From an uncultured Pseudomonadota bacterium (GTDB lineage: Bacteria; Babelota; Babeliae; Babelales; CAIQNR01): a stretch of DNA of 41,322 bases. This document shows positions 35,561 through 41,322 of this stretch, in pieces. The stretch spans positions 1 to 41,322 of the forward strand of contig CAZJPB010000001.1 of assembly GCA_964547785.1 (NCBI GenBank). The letters run 5' to 3'. The translations under genes and the position numbers were made by a program. Numbering within the stretch: the stretch's first letter is position 1; every line of letters begins with the position of its first letter. The notes below the pieces were generated by a model. That model did no database searches. It was given only the letters and a program-made list of their open reading frames with translations, and was not told where the DNA came from.

Positions 35561-35839
35561 TCGTCATCCTGAGGCGCGATCCAAGCGCCGTGAGGATCCA
35601 TCAGCCGTCGCGCACATGCGCTATGGCCAGATGTCGCAGCATAGAAAAGCGAAGATGGACAGAATTTATAAAGCATAGTTTTTGATGTACTGTATCATCA
35701 TTATAATATTTTTATAATTGATTCGATTGCGTTGTTTTCTGAAAATAATAATTTGAAAAAATAATCTATAATCATTAGTTTTTTAATTCCAGTAACGCCT
35801 GGATCCTCACGGCGCTTGGATCGCGCCTCAGGATGACGA
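35561..35839. repeat. GC-rich palindromic element E2 (MITE-like / inverton-like), perfect 40-bp terminal inverted repeats
   Basis: tcgtcatcctgaggcgcgatccaagcgccgtgaggatcca (35561-35600) is the exact reverse complement of 35800-35839. A ~68-bp GC-rich extension follows the left arm, then a ~130-bp AT-rich core. A nearly identical arm plus extension lies at 41029. Confidence 0.9.
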
Positions 35840-35893
35840 TCAAAGAGACAAATCATTATTTTGAAACTAAAATTAAATATAAAAAGGAGTTTT

Positions 35894-37243
35894 ATGGCAC
35901 GCATTGTAATTTTAGGAGCAGGCCTTACCGGCCTTTCAACCGCTTATCATCTTGAAAAAAATAATATTTTTGATTTTTCTATCTTCGAAAAAGAAGAGAC
36001 TGTCGGCGGATTATGCAGATCAGTAACAGAAAATGGTTTTACCTTTGATTTTACGGGCCACTTGCTGCACGCAAATGATCCTTATTTTTTTAATTTTTTA
36101 GAAACCATTGTTGGACTCCAAAACCTTGCAACCATCAACCGCCGTTCCTTTATTTATTCTCATGATGCGTATACAGCCTATCCTTTTCAGACAAATCTGT
36201 ATGGATTGCCGCACGAAGTCATTATTGAATGCATTACCGGATTTGTAGAAAAACCAGCATTACAAAAAAATCCTCGCTCATTTTATGATTGGGCTTTGCA
36301 AAAATTTGGTTCCGGCATCACAAAACATTTTTTTAAACCGTATCAAGAAAAAATATTTGCGCACGATGTTACAAAAATCACTGCTTCGTGGACAGGAAGA
36401 TTTGTTCCAGAAACATCATTGGCCACTATTTTGCGCGGTGCATTTAATGAACCTAAAGACCAGAGCATCGGTTACAACGCTCAATTTTTTTATCCAAAAC
36501 AGGGCGGCATTAATTTTTGGATAACTAAATTAGCTCAGCACATTAAAACTAACATACAGACAGATGCAAAAGTTACCGAGATTGACCTGAAACATAAAAT
36601 GGTATTTTTTGAAAACGGGCAAACCGAGCAATACGAAATTCTGATTAATACCATGCCTCTTGATCGTTTTCTAAAATTTTTAAAAACATCGACTGCATCA
36701 TCTTTATCATCGTGCGCCAAAAAATTACTCTGCAACTCGGTCATTAATTTTAATCTTGGCATCAACAGGCCCGACATTTCTGATAAACATTGGATTTATT
36801 TGCCAGAAAAAAAGTTTATTCCCTACCGGCTTGGATTTTATCATAATTTTTCTGAATTAATGGCTCCTAAAAATTGCAGTTCGCTCTACGGAGAAATTGC
36901 ATACCTGCATAAACTTAATCAGCCAGAATCTGAGCTCATCGCGCAGGCAAAAAAACAATTGCAAAAATTACTATCGTTTACTGATCAAGAAATAATTGCT
37001 GAAAAAGTTATACAGATTGATCATGCCTATGTTTTGTATGATTTTTGGCGAGAAAAAAATATTGCAAACATTCATCAAAACTTAATTGATCAAAATGTTT
37101 ATTCAATTGGCAGATACGGCGCATGGAAATATGCAAGTATGCAGGAAAGCCTACTGGATGGTAAGGCAATGGCAGAAACATTGCTAGAGCACGAAAACAT
37201 TATAGCTCCTTACAAAAACATTAATCTTTGCAAAGAGCTATAA
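35894..37243 (+). CDS. FAD-dependent oxidoreductase (amine-oxidase / UDP-galactopyranose-mutase-like fold)
   Basis: Dinucleotide-binding N-terminus (ARIVILGAGLTGLSTAY...E...GGLCRS) and C-terminal GRYGAWKYASMQESLLDG. The ATG at 35894 is preceded by an AAGGAG RBS. The ORF-track start at 35861 is TTG. Confidence 0.8.
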   Translation: MARIVILGAGLTGLSTAYHLEKNNIFDFSIFEKEETVGGLCRSVTENGFTFDFTGHLLHANDPYFFNFLETIVGLQNLATINRRSFIYSHDAYTAYPFQTNLYGLPHEVIIECITGFVEKPALQKNPRSFYDWALQKFGSGITKHFFKPYQEKIFAHDVTKITASWTGRFVPETSLATILRGAFNEPKDQSIGYNAQFFYPKQGGINFWITKLAQHIKTNIQTDAKVTEIDLKHKMVFFENGQTEQYEILINTMPLDRFLKFLKTSTASSLSSCAKKLLCNSVINFNLGINRPDISDKHWIYLPEKKFIPYRLGFYHNFSELMAPKNCSSLYGEIAYLHKLNQPESELIAQAKKQLQKLLSFTDQEIIAEKVIQIDHAYVLYDFWREKNIANIHQNLIDQNVYSIGRYGAWKYASMQESLLDGKAMAETLLEHENIIAPYKNINLCKEL

Positions 37244-37265
37244 CATTCAAAATTACGTATTATTT

Positions 37266-38147
37266 TTATTGCATCCAGCTAACTTCGTCACCAAAACCTG
37301 GTACTGGTGCCAATACTGGCGCTGGCCCTTTACCTGTTGGCGTTGCCCAGACTGCTGATGCTCCCAATAAATCTTTTACAGGCATTGCTGCTGGCATTAC
37401 TGGCGAAGGAAGCTCAACTAACGTTTGATTAAAAGCTTCTAGTGCTGCAACTTTTTCAGTTAAAGTATCAACTTGCATTTGTAGATATTCAATATGAGCA
37501 ATGAGAGCCATATTAAACATGGCCACATCCTCTGGTAAGCTAGGAATAAAAAATCTTTTATTATCAATAATAAATTTTGCTAATCCAGTACTTTCTCTTT
37601 CTTGAGAAGAACCTAAAACTGATCTATAATATTGGTTTACATAAGCAATAGGATTACGATATATTCCAGATTTTGCAAATCTTGAAATTCCAAACCCTTC
37701 ATCATTTTTTGCTCTATCAAGATTAGTCCTTACATCAATATTTTGAACTTTTTGAGCCATTACTGGCGCTACACTTGCTGCCGCCACTACTGGCGTTGCT
37801 GTTTTTAATGCATAGTATTGAGTTTCTAATTGCGAGAGCGGCATATTTAATGTACGTCTTAATTCCATTAATTTTTGCATATTAACATTACTTAAATCAG
37901 CTAAATTTTCCAATGTTACATCCGGTTTCAAAGATCCATCTGAATCTCGAACAACTCTGTCAAAGAGACATTGCATGCTACGTATCATCGTCTTATCGTC
38001 ATTTGTAAGATCTTTTATGTCTTTACTTAACATTCTTTGAAATCCAGAATCTGATAAAAAATTGCTTAAAGGCACCGAGCTCGCTCCTTGCATTAACTGA
38101 CTTGATAAACATGCGATTGTCATAATCATTATTATTGAATTTTTCAT
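37266..38147 (-). CDS. secreted protein with C-terminal coiled coil and Pro/Ala-rich tail (ORFan)
   Basis: 293 aa with a signal-peptide-like N-terminus (IIMIMTIACLSSQLMQGAS). The segment ALIAHIEYLQMQVDTLTEKVAALE resembles ALIQHIISLQKEIFSLQKEVADLK of the next gene. Confidence 0.6.
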   Translation of the reverse strand: MKNSIIMIMTIACLSSQLMQGASSVPLSNFLSDSGFQRMLSKDIKDLTNDDKTMIRSMQCLFDRVVRDSDGSLKPDVTLENLADLSNVNMQKLMELRRTLNMPLSQLETQYYALKTATPVVAAASVAPVMAQKVQNIDVRTNLDRAKNDEGFGISRFAKSGIYRNPIAYVNQYYRSVLGSSQERESTGLAKFIIDNKRFFIPSLPEDVAMFNMALIAHIEYLQMQVDTLTEKVAALEAFNQTLVELPSPVMPAAMPVKDLLGASAVWATPTGKGPAPVLAPVPGFGDEVSWMQ

Positions 38148-38184
38148 AATTCATTCCTCCTTTTTTATTTTGTTTTTTAATTTT

Positions 38185-38580
38185 TTATGACAATAAACTT
38201 TCCGCTAATGCTACATCTATTTCGGATTGAATCCGCGCTTCAACTTTTAAGTCAGCAACTTCTTTTTGCAAAGAAAAAATTTCTTTTTGTAAACTAATAA
38301 TATGTTGAATTAATGCGTAAACTTTTGTAGCAAGATCTGTCATAGAACTAGCTTGATTTACCGTAAAATCATGAATTTGAAAATCATTAAACATAGATCC
38401 CTGCCAAGCTGCATACCCTTTTGTATCAAAAAATAGCCTTGCATATTCTTTAGGGTGTAATGCCATTCGATCTAATACAGAAACGCTTGCTCTCATTGGG
38501 GCTGCTGCTGCGGCAGCCTGTATATGACTGCTTACACTTAAAACAATTAATCCAATCGCGAAAAATATATTCTTTTTCAT
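38185..38580 (-). CDS. small secreted coiled-coil protein (ORFan, distant paralog of 37266-38147)
   Basis: 131 aa with signal peptide MKKNIFFAIGLIVLSVSSHIQAAAAAA and an internal SLQKE repeat. Confidence 0.55.
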   Translation of the reverse strand: MKKNIFFAIGLIVLSVSSHIQAAAAAAPMRASVSVLDRMALHPKEYARLFFDTKGYAAWQGSMFNDFQIHDFTVNQASSMTDLATKVYALIQHIISLQKEIFSLQKEVADLKVEARIQSEIDVALAESLLS

Positions 38581-38780
38581 ATTCCATTTCCCCTTTTTTT
38601 AGAATAAAAAAGTCTTTTAACTTATAACTCAGCATAATAAAATGATTTTCTATTTGTAAATAGTTTTTTTACATAAGCTTAATGTATGCGAATTTTTATC
38701 AAAACAACGATCGATAATAAAATATTTTTACAAATTTAACTCACTCATTTACGCTTATTCTTTTAAAAAAAGGTAAAAAA

Positions 38781-39686
38781 ATGAACTCATTCTATAAAAA
38801 TAAAAATGTGCTCGTAACTGGCGGTGCTGGTTTTATAGGCTCACATCTTGTTGAAAAACTTGTTGCTGCAAGCGCTCGCGTTACCGTACTCGATTCTTTT
38901 GTAACTGGATCGATGGAAAATCTTGCAACCGTACAACATAAAATTACGATTATTAATGATGACATTCGTTCTTACGATGCCTGTTTACAAGCTTGTCGCA
39001 ATCAAGAGTACGTTTTTCATCTAGCTGCGCATATTTCCGTTCCTGATTCTATGCAAAATCCTTTGCTGTGCCAAGAAGTCAATATCAAGGGCACGTATCA
39101 TATGCTGGAAGCTGCGCGAATTCATAACATCAAACAGTTTATATTTTCATCGTCGTGCGCTGTGTATGGTCAAAAAGATACACCTTGCACAGAAACTGAT
39201 GCCTGCAATCCAACATCCTGTTACGCTTATTCAAAACTCATAGGCGAGCAACTTTGCAAACAATATGCTACGCTATTTTCACTTCCAACGGTATGTTTGC
39301 GTTATTTTAATGTCTTTGGTCCGCGCCAAAATCCTCACGGTCCGTATGCTGGAGTAATGGCACAATTTAAAGAACAGATTATTGAACATAAACCTGTTAC
39401 TATTTTTGGCGATGGTCTTCAGAGTCGCGATTTTGTTCCTGTTGAAACGATTGTAAAAGCGAATCTTTTGCTTGCACAACTTGCTGATAATAAATCGCTT
39501 GGACAAGCAATTAATGTTGGCACAGAAACAAGTACTTCGATTTTGGATATTTTTAATCAACTTAAAAAGAATATACCATCTTATAACCTAAAGCCGATTT
39601 TTAAGCCTGCACGCGAAGGAGACATTCTCTTTTCTCAAGCTGACTGCTCACTTTTAAAAGATATACTTGCGAAAATACCTTCTTAA
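38781..39686 (+). CDS. NAD-dependent nucleotide-sugar epimerase/dehydratase (SDR family)
   Basis: Contains GGAGFIGSHLVEKL, a catalytic YAYSK (YxxxK) and RYFNVFGPRQ. Confidence 0.9.
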   Translation: MNSFYKNKNVLVTGGAGFIGSHLVEKLVAASARVTVLDSFVTGSMENLATVQHKITIINDDIRSYDACLQACRNQEYVFHLAAHISVPDSMQNPLLCQEVNIKGTYHMLEAARIHNIKQFIFSSSCAVYGQKDTPCTETDACNPTSCYAYSKLIGEQLCKQYATLFSLPTVCLRYFNVFGPRQNPHGPYAGVMAQFKEQIIEHKPVTIFGDGLQSRDFVPVETIVKANLLLAQLADNKSLGQAINVGTETSTSILDIFNQLKKNIPSYNLKPIFKPAREGDILFSQADCSLLKDILAKIPS

Positions 39687-39750
39687 TTTTATTTTTTTGC
39701 TATAATTAAAAACATTACTTTTTTTTAATTATACATAGGTCAAACAAACA

Positions 39751-40917
39751 ATGAGCAAAAAAGATTTTTATACTATTTTAGGTGTCTCAAAATCAGCAAC
39801 AAAAGATGACATTAAAGCTGCCTACCGAAAATTAGCCGTCAAATACCATCCTGACAAAAACCCAGACGACAAAGAAGCTGAAGAAAAATTCAAAGAAGCC
39901 GCGCACGCATATGAAATTTTATCAGATGACGCAAAACGTCAACAATATGATCAAGTTGGTCATGCAAATTACGAAAATATGAGCTCTGGTGGTGGTCACG
40001 GCCACGGTCCTGGCGGAATGGATATGAATGATATCTTTGAACAATTTAGCGATATCTTTAGTAGTGGTGGATTTGAAGATTTTTTCCAATCTGGAAAAGG
40101 TGGCAGAAAAAAATCTAAAAAAAATATCGGCCCTGAACCAAAACGTGGACATGATCTTTACAAAGAAGTAACCCTTACTTTAAAAGATGCTTTTCTTGGC
40201 AAAAAAGAAGAACTTAATTTTTATCATTTTTTTGTCTGTGATACCTGCTCAGGAAAAGGATTAAAGGCTAATACTTCTGTGACACTCTGCACATCCTGCA
40301 AAGGCGCTGGACAAGTGCAATTCAAACAAGGATTCTTTGCTTATTCGCAACCTTGCACCGCTTGCCAAGGCAATGGTTACCTTATCCCTTCTCCTTGCGC
40401 TACATGCAAAGGCCAATCACGCATACAAAAATATGATAAATTTTCTGTCACGATTCCTGCAGGAATTTATGATGGCGCTGAATTAAGAATCGCTCAAAAA
40501 GGTGATGCTGGTGTTTACGAAGGGCCTACTGGAGATTTATTTTTAAAAATAAAAATATTGCCAGACAAAAATTTTCAACGAGAAGAGCACGATCTTGTTT
40601 GCTCAGTAGCATTAACCTATCCTCAACTTGTTTTAGGCTCGCAAATTGAAATTGAAAGTATCGATGGTACAAAAGAACCTGTCAAGATTCCTAAGGGGTG
40701 CGCTATTGGAGAACGAATTATTTTACCTGGAAAAGGCTTTCCAAACTTAAGAAACAAAACAAAAGGTAATTTAATTATTATTCCTAAATGTGCTATTCCA
40801 AAAAAACTATCCACTACTGCAAAAGATCTTTTGACTCAATATTCTGACGAAATTGGCCTTGAAACTTCGCAAAATGATGGCAGTATTATTGGATTTTTTA
40901 AGAAATTTTTAGGATAA
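39751..40917 (+). CDS. dnaJ: molecular chaperone DnaJ
   Basis: J domain ([33 protein letters not shown]), a Gly/Phe-rich region, and four CxxCxGxG-type zinc motifs ([32 protein letters not shown]). No dnaK or grpE is adjacent. Confidence 0.95.
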   Translation: MSKKDFYTILGVSKSATKDDIKAAYRKLAVKYHPDKNPDDKEAEEKFKEAAHAYEILSDDAKRQQYDQVGHANYENMSSGGGHGHGPGGMDMNDIFEQFSDIFSSGGFEDFFQSGKGGRKKSKKNIGPEPKRGHDLYKEVTLTLKDAFLGKKEELNFYHFFVCDTCSGKGLKANTSVTLCTSCKGAGQVQFKQGFFAYSQPCTACQGNGYLIPSPCATCKGQSRIQKYDKFSVTIPAGIYDGAELRIAQKGDAGVYEGPTGDLFLKIKILPDKNFQREEHDLVCSVALTYPQLVLGSQIEIESIDGTKEPVKIPKGCAIGERIILPGKGFPNLRNKTKGNLIIIPKCAIPKKLSTTAKDLLTQYSDEIGLETSQNDGSIIGFFKKFLG

Positions 40918-41028
40918 AGAAAATTTTTGATACCGAGAGTGTTGATATTTTCTTGTAATTAATAACCGCCAAAGATTATCAGCTTAAAAATAAAAAGTTA
41001 ATAATTTTTAAAAAAAAATTTCGAATGT

Positions 41029-41322
41029 TCGTCATCCTGAGGCGCGATCCAAGCGCCGTGAGGATCCATCAGCCGTCGCGCAAAGCGCTATGGCCAGATG
41101 TCGCGTCGTAGTGAAATGAAGACGGACAGAATTTACTGAAATTAAAAATTTAATGATTATAAAAAGAATAATCAAAATTTTACCCAAATCTTTAATTATT
41201 CTTCTGGAACAATATAATTGAATCAATTGTAAAAAAATATAACGTGATGTGATGATACAGTAAAAAAATTGCTTTATAAATCCTGGATCCTCACGGCGCT
41301 TGGATCGCGCCTCAGGATGACG
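41029..41322. repeat. GC-rich palindromic element E3 (second copy of the E2 type; right arm cut by the window end)
   Basis: The left arm 41029-41068 is identical to E2's. The right arm 41284-41322 is the inverse copy. The extension is ~85% similar to E2's by eye. The AT-rich core is homologous to the E2 core but in reverse orientation. Confidence 0.9.

Noticed and set aside
35561-35668. GC-rich arm plus extension as a small self-cleaving ribozyme (hammerhead-like CUGA...GAAA) or a fragment of a known structured RNA
   Set aside because: The plus strand has CUGAGG rather than the CUGAUGA core and lacks correctly placed GAAA and stem III elements. The minus strand also lacks the core. I recognise no tRNA-, tmRNA-, RNase P- or SRP-like features. 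It stays classed as a repeat with hairpin potential.
35485-35904. ORFs 35485-35676 and 35701-35904 (minus strand), and ORF 41032-41226, overlapping the palindromic elements
   Set aside because: They are translations of the repeat arms and AT-rich cores. The two element copies are read in different frames, so there is no conserved protein. None has an RBS. They also overlap or abut better-supported genes.

Overview
AT-rich (by eye about two-thirds A+T), densely packed bacterial chromosomal segment with about 50 genes, read with the standard genetic code. TGA terminates pheT, lspA, yhhQ and rpsF.

Housekeeping genes I recognise:
- comF-lspA-pheT
- trhO
- murB
- yhhQ-tgt (queuosine salvage pair)
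- rnhB
- rpsF-rpsR
- truA
- rsmE
- tsaB
- glmS
- rpsI
- tRNA-Thr(CGU)
- tadA
- gyrB
- tilS
- dnaJ

Other recognisable products:
- an alanine/glycine:cation symporter
- an XRE-S24 (LexA/CI-like) regulator
- a HIT hydrolase with a long N-terminal extension
- a GNAT acetyltransferase
- a DksA/TraR zinc-finger protein
- a TonB-like protein
- an FAD oxidoreductase
- an NAD-dependent sugar epimerase

About 20 ORFans lie between these genes. Nearly all start with a signal-peptide-like leader, and several form tandem paralogous pairs or triplets. This fits a reduced, host-associated bacterium, but that is only my guess.

No rRNA, CRISPR array, transposase or prophage gene was seen.

Most unusual observations:
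1. A family of GC-rich nested-palindrome elements has three copies (8651-8832, 35561-35839, 41029-41322). Two copies carry perfect 40-bp terminal inverted repeats. Their AT-rich cores lie in opposite orientation relative to an asymmetric GC-rich module, so they are MITE or DNA-inversion-switch candidates.
2. A tandem triplet of genes (10760-13629) shares a nearly identical 5' UTR, a signal peptide, an Arg/Ala/Ser-rich acid-free segment ending in RSFS (mitochondrial-presequence-like) and a TM segment. Their C-terminal domains are unrelated. Each gene has a copy of the same 3' terminator module, and a fourth-copy remnant lies nearby.
3. Two genes are interrupted only by in-frame stop codons, with no frameshifts: ruvX (TAA plus TGA) and a coiled-coil secreted-protein paralog (TGA).
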